A stretch of DNA of 63,944 nucleotides, filler included, from Choristocarpus tenellus KU-1152 (taxonomy: Eukaryota > Protista > Phaeophyceae), in NCBI GenBank assembly GCA_964200185.2. It is 10 parts of 10 records of this genome, joined end to end, with 100 filler letters (N's around TTAATTAATTAA, not from the genome) between each part and the next. Parts side by side here need not be neighbours in the genome. Positions count along the whole stretch, not along the records: positions 10,970 to 23,012 come from CAXNAD020002012.1; positions 23,113 to 27,647 come from CAXNAD020014113.1; 8 more parts are not named here. One strand, written 5' to 3'. A program made the translations under genes and the position numbers. The notes beneath the pieces were generated by a model, which worked only from the letters and a program-made list of their open reading frames with translations, ran no database searches and was not told where the DNA came from. Positions 13,601 through 25,238 of this stretch are shown piece after piece (within the stretch, counting starts at the first letter, position 1; each line of letters starts with the position of its first letter).

Positions 13601-16600
13601 GATGATGAGCGTAGTGGTAGGTCATACCACTGAATAGCATTGTTTGGCTGGTACAGTGGATGGATCAACACATAGAAAAATGCTCTGTGAATGGATACTG
13701 GTGTGATGCACCTGAGTTTAGACAGTGTGGCTGTGCTCACTGATTGGGTAACAAACCAGAGAAGGGCAAGGAAGGGCAAGTACAAGTGAGTTGACAACAC
13801 AATAGCTAAACTGTGATAATAAAAGGAGGTCCTGAGATAGGGCTGTGCCACTGTGTTGTACATAATGCCTGCTGTACAAAATAGGAAATAGGTGAGAACA
13901 AGGGGTGCATGAACTCATGCCGAGAAAGAGGAAGCTTGCATAGGCAACTCAAACACATCCAACTACTTGTCTTCAAGCATTGCATTCCCCTCGAATCCTT
14001 CTACTCAGAGTATCGCCAACGATACACTATGGACAATCCTTTCTAATCCTGTTCTTGCCGATGCCTGACGCCCCAAAAGCTCTGATTTACCCACCGTTGA
14101 TGTGATCGTTTCTCAGACAAAAGTCGGCCATCCTTTGCAGCGACCTCCCCAGCCTTGCGCTCCCTACCCATCCGGGAGATGTAGTGGAAGCGTTTTTCGA
14201 CCTTGGCCACTGAGAGCCCCATTGATGTTGCAAACGATATTAGCTCTGCTTTCTGACCCTACGTTCCCCCCCCCCCCCCCCCCCCCCCCCCGTGTCCAGG
14301 TCAAGAGGAATCCATTGTGGGGGAGAAAAGGAGTTGAGAGGAATTGGGGCTGTGCTCATGAGACATCTGCATGCCTAGGTTTGGACGATACATCCCTGTT
14401 TGTTCTTAACAGCACCTGGTCAACAATCGTCTTTCAAACAAGTTTTTTCCGGAAGGCAATAAGCTAGTCTACAGTGATTTTTCAGTTGAGTGAGGTGGTA
14501 TGAGGGCAGAGGAGTGTGAGTGCACACTAAGGCCAATGACTATGTTGTACAGGGCAGCCTTAGATCACACGAAGGGGCAAAAAGTGAGATGAAGAGGTGG
14601 TTTGGGGGTACCACTATATCTAACCTACTGTGCTGTATACATAGGATAGGAAGATGGGGATGTGCAACAGGGTTAGGGGTTGGGGTGAAGAGGGGCAATA
14701 TCTGAATGGCAAAAAAGAGTTGAACGAAAAATCTGCCGAGAAGGATAGAAATGAAAGGTCTACTGAGAAAGGGTGTTGCAGCCTCATTCCCATATGGAGA
14801 CTGAGGAGGATGGATCAGAGGGCACCAACAGGTAAAGGCACAGAGATGGTCAGCAACAGGGTAAGCAATTCCCCTCCAAGGCACTACTGTAGAGTTCCTT
14901 TTGGCTTCTGTGACTAAAGAGAGACAACACGTTAGCCACAACTTGGAGTAACAAAGAAGGCACCAATGTGCATTGTGTTTAGTAGTAACACTTGTCCCCT
15001 CCACCTATATCCCCAAGACGACTGGATACTACTGTAACCCTCAACTGCCCCCAAAAACACTGACCAACCTTGAGGGTTCCACCCCACTCATTGAACTTGT
15101 CTTCGATGGCCTCAGCCTGCCTCCTGCTCATCCACCTTCGTCCCTGATCCCCTGCCATCCGCCTTTCGCTATTGTTACACCCCACGCCTGGAGAGGATGA
15201 TTTCAGTGGTGATGGCAAAGGGGCCGACCCTGGTGACTGCTCTGAGTCAACATGTCCTTGCTGCCCCTTCCTTTGTACATGGAGATGGTTACTTGTAGAC
15301 TTGGAGTGTTGTTTGAGCTCCAGTCCTACATACCCCTGCTGAATGCCTCTATAACTGTCTCCACCTCCTATTTGGCTTGCAGCCCCTGCCCCTACTTGGT
15401 GGACTTGGCCGCAATTGAGGCTGTCCCCCTGCATCAAGATAAAATAACCACACAAGGGTCGGCAAAGAAAATGGGAATGAGTAGGGGTTGAAAAATACGT
15501 GCAACTGATGCTGGGGCATGGTAACTGAAGAGGTAACTCCAGTTAACACACAACAATGGCAAGTTTGCAAGCAGCAGGTGCAGGAATGGAGAGTTCATCC
15601 CTTAGCTGCAATATTCACAAACAGGCAAGGACTTGGGTTGTTCGCTTGTGCACAGCTGTGAAATATGTACAGCACCTCTGCAATAGCAGAACACCTCTGG
15701 AGTATGTTCGTGCTGCCTATGTATTAACTCACTAAGCAAGTATACCACTTTGAAGTGGAAGGGAAGAAATAGGATATTTGGAGGTGGAACAGAAGGCAGT
15801 GAACGGATCTCTACTCTTTCCTGAATCTCACTCTTCTGGAACCACTTTCTGTGGCAAGAAACTTGTGAATTCACAATTTGGTACGGGAATGATATATCTA
15901 CAATTGTGAACATTCCATCCTGTCCATTTTCTGACTCTCACGGTCAAGAAATACATTCATGGTTTAGCTGTTCTTTTCAGTGGACAAGAAGATGTTTCTG
16001 CATGAGTAATCCATTTGTTCAGATCAGCTTTCTATTCGGCATTCAAATCTTGTTCCAAATGGAGACCACCTCAACTTTAAATTTCCAATGGGAAAATTTG
16101 GAGACTGAACTCCTACAAGCACATGAGGGAAAGATAGAGGGAGGCGCCCTTCCTTGCACCGGGCATTGCGTTGGGTGGAGCCTTGCAGTCTCAAACCACG
16201 GCTATGACTGGGGGTATCAATGGTTTAGGAGTAAAATATCGATTCAACCTAAACGAGGCCTGCACTTTGATGGAAAGACACATGGGATGGGATAGTTTAA
16301 GGAAGAACGGCATTTCGAGTTCCTTGGAACTCCTTCTCCCGCACTACATCAACAGGAGGGTACCTGAATCCCTGTCCTCTGTCCCTGTCTGACCCACCAC
16401 TGACAGTAAGCTAGGAAGTAGGACGAAGGAGAGAAAAATACACTCACAACACCATTGGTGACCGGCAATACACCAAAGGTAGAACAACATATAAAGGTAG
16501 CGAGGAGTAAATGACGGATAAGGTAGAGTGGTCGCAGGCTAGTGAGAGTGTGTGTGTGTGACAACTTTGTCCCTTCTCGTACGACGGAACCTTATCGAGC

Positions 16601-17164
16601 TCAAACAAAAACTACAATCCGACCGATCCGACTTGGTTCATAAAAAACATTGTCTCAGCCTTGTTCACTAGAAATATAACAGTATGAACTGAAGGGAGGG
16701 AAAGGAGAAATCATGCCATGATAGTTGATGGAGGACCTATGCAAGGTAGCTCTCTCCACCTCTACGTGTCAACAATTCTTGAGCCATGTACGAACGGTCA
16801 TGAGAAAGAGTTCGCGAAAGAGGGAATGCAAGAGAGCATTAAAGAGGCCCCCTTCAAGTCGACTCACCTCCTGCAATGCATCGTCCTTTTCCTTCTTTAG
16901 GTGCTCTGATACTTCTTCGTCGTGATGTTCAAGGGATCCAATGACAATCCCTTCAACCATTCCAACATGCACCCTGATGCCCGCACCGTCGCTAGCTGAG
17001 GATACCTCGGCCGTTCCATCATCTGCAGAGGAGCCCTCGTGTTCAGCTCTGACGTTGTCCAAGGGACCCATGGTAGATTCATGATTGGATTGGGCATCCA
17101 TTCCAAGGGAGAGGTCGTCGTGCACCTCGTGCAGGTGTATCGAATCCATGCTGTCGTCGTCCAT
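11140..17164 (-). CDS. Putative transcription factor with two tandem divergent homeodomain-like repeats
   Basis: Well-supported exons 15428-15069, 14258-14095, 13463-13343 and 12586-12107 (GT-AG, phases 0,2,0). They give RRWMSRRQAEAIEDKFNEWGGTLKGQKAELISFATSMGLSVAKVEKRFHYISRM and RLSQKQIEACEEKFHEWGGTLRGRSKQLEGFAKSLGLRPSQVEGRFHYLRKI, then a Gly/Ala/Glu-rich region and an NLS-like KRGPRKRKK. Probable first exon 17164-16868 (acidic, MDDDSM...) and probable last exon 11178-11140. Exons between 16868 and 15428 are uncertain. Confidence 0.75.
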
Positions 17165-17945
17165 GCACCTCCCAAGGCCAGTCCACAAGGCTATCAAAGG
17201 GAAAATACCCAAGGTGTAACCTGTGGGGATCCCTCGAGGCAGGTGCCTCACGCAATTATATCCATATACAGTAATATCGGTAATTTAAGGGTAGAGTAGT
17301 GTGGGTGACAGGTTGAGGACCTGTTTTTTCTACAAGACTTCGGAGGCAGTCTGTCTAGATTCCTTCTCACTTCTCTAATTTGAGTTTAGTTATATATGGT
17401 TATTGTCGGGTAGGTGGAGGGAGGAATTGAGTTGCAGCTCGCATCTTTGTGGTATCTGTGCTGGAAGAGAGAGCCAAATTTCACTGGGTAAGATTTCTAG
17501 TATGAAATGTGAGACATTTCCCCATGAGCTCTTGCAGGCACTACGATATCGTAGTGTTTGTCCTCCGTTTGGTACCCACACATCAATAAAACCCTTGATC
17601 TTCGACTCCTCCTTGGCATCCCATCTGTCGCATCTATCTTATAGATTGGTATGGGCAGTGTTGGATGGTAGTCTGCTTCCTCGTATTTGAAAAGGCCTCT
17701 TCCGTGTTTTGATCTCACTGTGTCCTAGCTAATAGAGCAATCTTGATCCCCATACTCAAAGCCTTCCCTACAAGACCTCGTATAATTGTTTCGGGATCGT
17801 GAAGTCGCGGTAGGTGGTCTCACATCTCATTCTGAATCACTTTAAGTTTTATACCGTAGTGTACGCACTTTAGCAATGAGCTTAGTCCAACCTTCGCCTT
17901 CTTGCGACACCCCCGTTTAGGAGGAGAATTTCGTCGAAGTTCGAC

Positions 17946-20900
17946 ATGATGGAGGAAGTGTTCAGCGAGATATGGCCAGCCGCATTGGTGGTGGTGGTAA
18001 TGGTGGTCATACACCGGGGCATCACCCTTAACTTCGGCTCGGGGGCTGGCAAGTTCACCTTGGTTGCCGCCGCTGGCGTGGCTGGCTACTCTCTCTTCAA
18101 CAGCGGGAACATGGAGAAGGTACTAGGTTCATATAGATGCCTAGGGCTGTGCAAAGCAAGGCTTGTGTTTCACCATTACTGGGTTTGGTTCCCGCACTTG
18201 ATGAGACATCAGGTGTTCTGCCGCATTTGCTGCATTTTGTAGGACATCGAAGGGGATAGCCTAGTCCATCTCATCATCTCACACAACCCCGCAGGTAGAC
18301 TCCAAACGCAAGTGTAAAGTAGGATCTGATTCTTGATGGTAAGGTTAAATGGTAGATTAAAAAACCTGTGCAGCTCTAGCTCATGACGCCTCTTCGATTA
18401 AGGCAGCAAGTTGGGGTGTTCCTATCAACAGAGGTGGTACATCTAAACTCTTCTATTCCATGCTTAAGCCTGTGGACCTGTGTCATGACGCTGTGCAGTT
18501 CTTTCTGACATCCCCGCTCACCTCATATATCCCAATGACATGGTGGGCTTAATGTGGATACTCACACTTGTAGGCATGGGAGCACTTTACAGCATACGAT
18601 GAGGGCACCAAGCACATGTTTGCCATTGTTGGTGTGACCTTTGGATACGTCCTCGCCATGTTCTCTCCCAACTCGGCTAAGGTGTGAATCAAGTTGTGAC
18701 TATGAATTTGGTTAGATCTAGACATACGGGCAACTAGTGCACTTCAGGGGTTTTATTTGAGGAAGAGTTTACATTACCTTTCTAAACATGGAGTGGTGGC
18801 AACTCTCCAGCCAAAACACAAAGCCATCTGTTGTTAGCATCTATAAAATCACAAGGTCTCATCCCTTCACTGTTATGCTGCCCTTCCTTCCACTCCTAAC
18901 AGTCCGCTGTGCCCCTAGCGAGCACAGGACAGGATGGCAAAACCTCAAGCCTCCCTGTGATGTACCCCAGGGAGCTTCCTACTGACAAGAAAGAATCGTT
19001 CCTCAAGATTCATGACTTCCTTGTCGAGCAACTGCTGGATGACCTTGCAAAGAATGTAGGTACCCTCTCATTGCCTCTGCATTATTTCGTTCCTACTGCC
19101 TGTTGTCCACTTGCCTCTTCTGTGGAGAGCACCCTGGACCCACCTCACTAGCCCATAAGACGTGCATCCATCTTGTCCCATCCATGTGTTTTACTCTTCT
19201 TTACTTGCCTAACTGTTTAGACCTATTGCTAGCTATGGATCTCGAACCTCACCTTTGATCAGTGAGTACCTACATGCCTTAGGTCAAAAGACCGGAAGGA
19301 ATAATGCCAAGATCCTGTTCTTTGTCCTCGAACTATCGCCATTTACTCAAGTCCAAACCCTAACCCCTGACAATAGCTTGCGTTCTAAATCTCCCTCAAC
19401 AGTTCTTAGATCTTGTATCTTAGCTCTTGTCAACAGTTGCGTCATGATGATGTTGCCCGTTCCTCCACACATGAGCAAACCATGATACGTACACATTTAT
19501 TGGTCTGTGTTGTCCCCAGTACGAGGCCATTCCAGAGCAGATCAGCTGGATGTCTGAGATGATGATATATAACACCCGGGGTGGAAAGATGAATCGTGGG
19601 ATGGGGGTGGTCGATGTTCTGCGTGCTTTTGCTACTGCGGATGGGCGAGAGCTCACTCATGAGGAGGTGAATGCAAGATGGAAGCGAGAAGTGGTTTTGG
19701 TGTTGGGCTGAAATGCTGGGGAGATGAGGCACTTGTGATAGAAATGTATGGAAGTTGATATTATGCAGAGTGGTGATGAGGAAAGAAATGAAGGGTAGGT
19801 TGTGCCTCCGAGCCGCTTGTGCTGGTTACCTGAGTTTGTTCGTTTGTATATGTGTTTCGGGGATGCTGCTGCCACATTTTGTTGAAGGATTTCCTTTCCC
19901 CACCATAGACATGAGAATGGCAACATTTTCGAACTTGGTAGTGTACCTTCATCCAACCATATAGGCCCAGTCAATTATTTCGCATGGAGGTACGTTCCTT
20001 GATCTATGTAGAACTTAACATCCGTATCTGATACAAAGCCGAAACTCTGGTCCTTCAACTTCAACCTTCTTCCCCCCCACCATACTTTAGTGACTGTTTT
20101 TGTGTTGGTCTATCATTTGTTTACCTTGTTTTGGAGGTGATCTACCCACTTCCATCTTGGATGTGGACCAACAGTACCTAGTTTTGTTTCTTTTCTTTAG
20201 CCAGATATTTTTGTTGTTCTGAAATGGTATACCTCTGATTGTCAATTGCTTGTTGGTGAACTTCTCTCTAATAGGTCTCTGACGGGATATTGTGCTTTGG
20301 GGCTCCACAATGTAGTATGAATGTGAATTAGTACTCCTGTAGAATCATCTTTTTCTGGTGTAGTGGAAATGTTGGTTGACCACAATGAGGAGACAACCCT
20401 AGGTTATCTGCACAACTTAATTGTGTATGCAGTACAAGCTGTGGACAGAGCATGGCACTGAATTTTACCCATATCAATATGGTATCCCTAGGTCACATTA
20501 TTTAACTCACTAGGAGCAAGACACCAAGTTCAGATTGAAGTTTCCTATCTTTTTCTTCCTTGTCCCTATAACCTCCAAACAGATGCTTCTGTTTGAGGAT
20601 AAGATGGTGGTATTATCCACAAGAGTAGAGAGTGAAAGATTCAGTTTATGATACATATATGATACCTCTACACTCTCCCACCTCATACATGATACCTCGC
20701 TGCTGCCCAGGTGTGCCGTGGAAGTGTACTTGGATGGTGTGTGGAGTGGCTGCAGGCGTTCTTCCTCGTTGCTGATGATGTTATGGACAAGAGCCTCACC
20801 CGAAGGGGGCAGCCTTGCTGGTACAAGGTTCAAGCTACTACCCACAAGTAGTGCATACTCGGACAATCTCTCTTTCTGACCCCTCAACTTCCTGTCCTCT

Positions 20901-22363
20901 AGAGCCTTTTGTCGTTCCCCAGCAGTTATGTTTGAATCTGTCCTCTGCCTTTTGACTGCTTTTATTGTTTCTATGGTGTGACCCTAACCCTACACCTGGC
21001 CATTGCATTGTTTGATGCTCTAGTTGTTGGGAAATGCGTAAGTGGATGACGGAGGTCCGTCTGTATCAATGGATGAGTGATTGGAACACATCAAGGCATC
21101 TGGTTGTGCACTTAGTGTGCATTGTGCAATGTGCACAAGGGCAGTCTGTTTGGTGAATGAGCAATCACATGTGGGACCAAGCTTGAGACATTAGAGGAAA
21201 GAGAGGAGGCAATACCACAAGACCCTGAGTCAAAGTATCTTAGAGGGTAGAGCCGCATCCGTTGGGCCAAAATCCAATGTTGCAATTTTGATAAAATTTT
21301 GGCTATCATGTTTGTTGGGAAGGTGCCAATATCCTTGTTCCGAACACACCTTTTCATAACATACATATTTTGCTTACTTTGAGACATTTCGGAGTAGGAA
21401 AATGTCACAAAAAAACCCCGTGGGAAGCCAAGCCCCAAATGGAAAAGCAGGGCAAAATTCGTACCCATTAAGATACTTTCATTCCCTTTGAACTACCTTG
21501 TCCAACACCAAAGTTCATTCCACAGAAATATACTCCTAGGCCACACAGGCAACGCAAGTCTCTTCATTGCGCTGATCAGAGAATTTTTATTTATTGTCCA
21601 CAACCCGTTTTCATATTGAATTCTACCACTGGTACCTTGTTGTGACCCTTGATGTGATAAGTCAGAGGGCTGCCTATAGTGGACATGTCATTGAGGACTT
21701 TGTTTGCATTATTTCCATCTCACTACTGTTGGACAGATTCCCAGGGTGCAGGAGATAGCCGTCAATGATTCCTTCATCCTTGAGTCGCATGTGTTCAAGG
21801 TGAGCTCGCAGGTGGACAGAGGGGGGGGAAACAGATTATGTCCTGTGTGAGATCCATTTTCAGCAAAGCACAGAAAGTACTGACCCAGATTGTAGAGAAG
21901 TAGGGGCACTGCAGCTCCTAGTTCAAGTCACTTCAATGTGCAATGTGGTGAAATGTATTGCTAGTTAAGTCTGCGTATCTATTCCTTGTCCAAGCACTAT
22001 AGACTGCATGGCAGTGGAACATCATGTGCAGTCTATCTGCATGCGAAATTTGAACATTCTTGACCATTAATGCAATCTGCCACAAGGCACAGGCGAATCT
22101 TGGCAGCAGGGGATGCCAAGATTCGTGGAAGATTCAAACCACCCAAGTCTCTTCTTTTGTGTTTCAGAGACCACTCCTCTCGTACCCTGTGTTTTGTCTT
22201 TTGTTTTGATATCTAATTGGCAGCTTCTTAAGATTCACTTTGGGTCTGAGCCGTACTACCTGCAGTTACTCGAGCTCTTCCTTGAGGTGGACTACAAGAC
22301 CGAGATGGGACAGCTCTTGGACCTCACCTCCCAGCCCATGGACAAGCCCTCTGACCTCACAAG
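17946..22363 (+). CDS. FDPS: Farnesyl diphosphate synthase (3'-partial) with an N-terminal hydrophobic extension
   Basis: Exons 17946-18119, 18574-18681, 18903-19055, 19520-19666, 20711-20827, 21737-21799 and 22224-22363 are all in phase. Motifs: [44 protein letters not shown] (FARM with FF at -5/-4, the C15 type), IAVND and [11 protein letters not shown]. The remaining exons lie beyond the contig end. Confidence 0.95.
21227..21484 (+). mobile_element. MITE family A (~257 bp) in FPPS intron 5, TSD CCT
   Basis: TIRs GAGTCAAAGTATCTTAGAGGGTA ... TACCCATTAAGATACTTTCATTC, flanked by CCT on both sides. Confidence 0.9.
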
Positions 22364-23112
22364 GCAAGTCTCTTCTTCTGAACACATCTGTTGTTCGTCC
22401 TTCCTCTGACATGCACACATACACAACCTAGTTTTTGCATGGTTTGTGGTTTGTTCTACTTGTGACGGGGGCAAGAATGGTGGAAGCATGCACTGTTGTT
22501 GTGCCAGCCTGCTCCATTTTCCCACCTGCCTCCATCGCACTGAGGAGCCCTGTCTGTTGTAGACTCTGTTGTAGAGATGGTGGTTTGGGACTGGTCCAGA
22601 TTGCAGTCAATGTGGGCTCAAGGTTGTTTGACAGTGGTGTATCACTCTAAGTATTTTTTTGCAGGTTCCAAGGTGGTGGAGAGTGATACAAGTTTGATTC
22701 AAAAACAAGTGAAGGTGCTTGATTGTGAGGAAGGAGGGGGCTGGTTGTTGTACAAGGCAAGTTATTCTGTGCAATCCATGGTATTTTCTGCAGTGGTATC
22801 CTCAGATATTTCCATGTTGTGGAAAAGTACGGTATGCCCTTCTTAGATGGGGTCAGTGTCCAAGGTGTAAAATGGCGTGTGCACTTGAATCGGCACTCGC
22901 TTTTATCTTTTTTATTTGATGTGCTTTTTATTTCATGGCAAAGGGTGTTTTTTTGCTGACATTTCAAATCCGACACGTGCGACCAAATCACACCAAAAAA
23001 GTGAAAATCGAANNNNNNNNNNNNNNNNNNNNNNNNNNNNNNNNNNNNNNNNNNNNTTAATTAATTAANNNNNNNNNNNNNNNNNNNNNNNNNNNNNNNN
23101 NNNNNNNNNNNN

Positions 23113-23178
23113 CCCGGTGATTCTCTTCGCCACCCTTGCCTGAGTGAACCATGCCGCCACAGAATCACACGATTCACA
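23113..23178 (+). repeat. 3' end of an LTR-like repeat (same family as 49788-50134 and 52611-52939)
   Basis: GATTCTC..CCACCCTTGCCTGAGTGAA..CGCCAC...ATTCACA is shared with the other copies. Confidence 0.6.
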
Positions 23179-24614
23179 TAGAAGATATGGTATATATTGG
23201 GGTTCTAAACAGGCTAGTTTGATTGTTCCTTTTTCTCGGGAATCAAATACGAAATTTAAAAAGGTGAGTTTTGCTCTCTTGGCTAATATATTGAAATTTA
23301 TATCTATGTATGTGACGACGTTGAACTAGAACAAATAGAGATACAGTTGTATACATGTATTAAATATATACAACTCCCCATCCTCTATTTCTTCATTAAT
23401 GCGACAGGGTCAAAACGTCGAATTTGCATCTTTTTTTCATATATTTGCACATTTGAATTGTATTGCAGTGCGTAACAAAATATCTTTCGCCAAACCACAT
23501 ATGCAACTAACCCGACACTCGATCCCTCACTCAACAACAAACCAATGGGCCTTGACAATATAGAGGATTCGTTGTCGCAGCTCTTCGAGAGGACCATGCC
23601 CATCGCACCGAAGATGTAGGATGGCCACCCGTCAGCCACTAAGGGACCTGGCTAACAACGGGAATGAACTCGTGGACTCCGGAGGGGTAGACCCCAGGAC
23701 ATCCCAAGGGTAAGGCCAGGCCTCCATCGCAGCTAGACACACCCCAATGTAGCCTGTGCGTTCTGTAATTACCAGATCAAGGGATTAGCGCTTGAAGACG
23801 AGACATATAGCGAAGCATATGGTCACCATATCCTTCCGAAATTCACACATTTGCATCGAAATTAGTGACACATGGTGTTGACCAGTTACACTGTAGCTCG
23901 GAACTGGTGATGCACACATCCTCCCATCAAGAGCAGGACGAAACCTAACAACAAAGTTCTTGTCCTCCGATATGTCATTTCCAATCCGTATCAGAAGCAA
24001 ACAATGTTCCTTTCTGTTTCTGTTTCCAATCCTAACCCTATCACCTATCCCAGCCCTAACCATGTGTCTCAACCCCAACACCATCCCTAACCCTTACAAT
24101 CCCGAAATTATGCCAACACATGTTTCGCTCTTCCTCCATCCACTCGCCTCATGTCATTCTTTCCATACTTTACCGTACAACAAACTATGGGAAAAGTTGC
24201 TGTGGTCCACGTAACAACTTATTTGAAGGCACACTCCTCCAATCCATCATCCTCGATTTCCAACAACTCCAGCAAAATCTCATATCCCCCGTAGAGAAGG
24301 AGGCCCCAAAAATGGTATGTGCATCTGGAGATATGTATAGACCTTCACCACATGATGAAACGTTGGGCATCCGTTCCACCAAGAAACCCATCCTACACAA
24401 TAGTTTACCGTACGACAGAACACATTAATTGTAGTACATACATACACCAATATTTTGGGGGTGACTCACACCAAAGCACTTGTCAGATGTTTCCCAAATA
24501 TTTCAGATCAAGGCGCACACTCTACCGTAAAGTAGACTACCTCAATTCACTTCATCCTACGTGCTTCGGGGCGGTTTCAGACGAGAACAGGTAGCACATA
24601 TGCGACGTGTGCAG

Positions 24615-25238
24615 TCCCCACCACCCACAATAATCGACCTCTATTTCCCACTGACGACAGAGACTCACCCCTCCCACCCCTTGCCAACCCATACACTAAA
24701 CACGCTATAAATATCGTTGACCCATTACGTTAAGTCCATGCCTACCCTTCTCGTTGACACCATGCATGATGTGCTAATCGCATATTGCACTTCTCAATCG
24801 ACTGCACACCGTTCGTGCACACTTGCAATCAGCGCCCTCTATTTTTAACACGTCTACCAATCGATATACTCGCGCAAAACTCCAAGTTGTTGTTTTCTTT
24901 CATGTACCAACGGCAGCCATGTACACATCGCTTGTTGCAGGAATACATAGCACATGTACTACATACATGATTCCCTCCACTCACAATAATCGATCCCTGT
25001 TTGCCACTGGCTACAGACTGCCCCCTCCCGCTCCTTGTTAACCCATACAATAAACATGCAATAGATATCATTGACCCACTATGTCACATCCGTGCCTTCC
25101 CTTCATGTCGACACCACGTATGACATGACCATCACACATACACACTTCTAAATTGACCGCTCACCGACCGCGCACACTTACAATCATCTCGCCCTCTATT
25201 TTCCAGAAGTCTGCCAAGCGCCAAACTTGTGCAAATTA
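24615..25238. repeat. Old diverged direct duplication, period ~356 bp
   Basis: CACAATAATCGA...AACCCATACA.TAAACA.GC.ATA.ATATC.TTGACCCA...CGCCCTCTATTTT occurs at ~24626-24850 and ~24982-25205. Confidence 0.75.
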
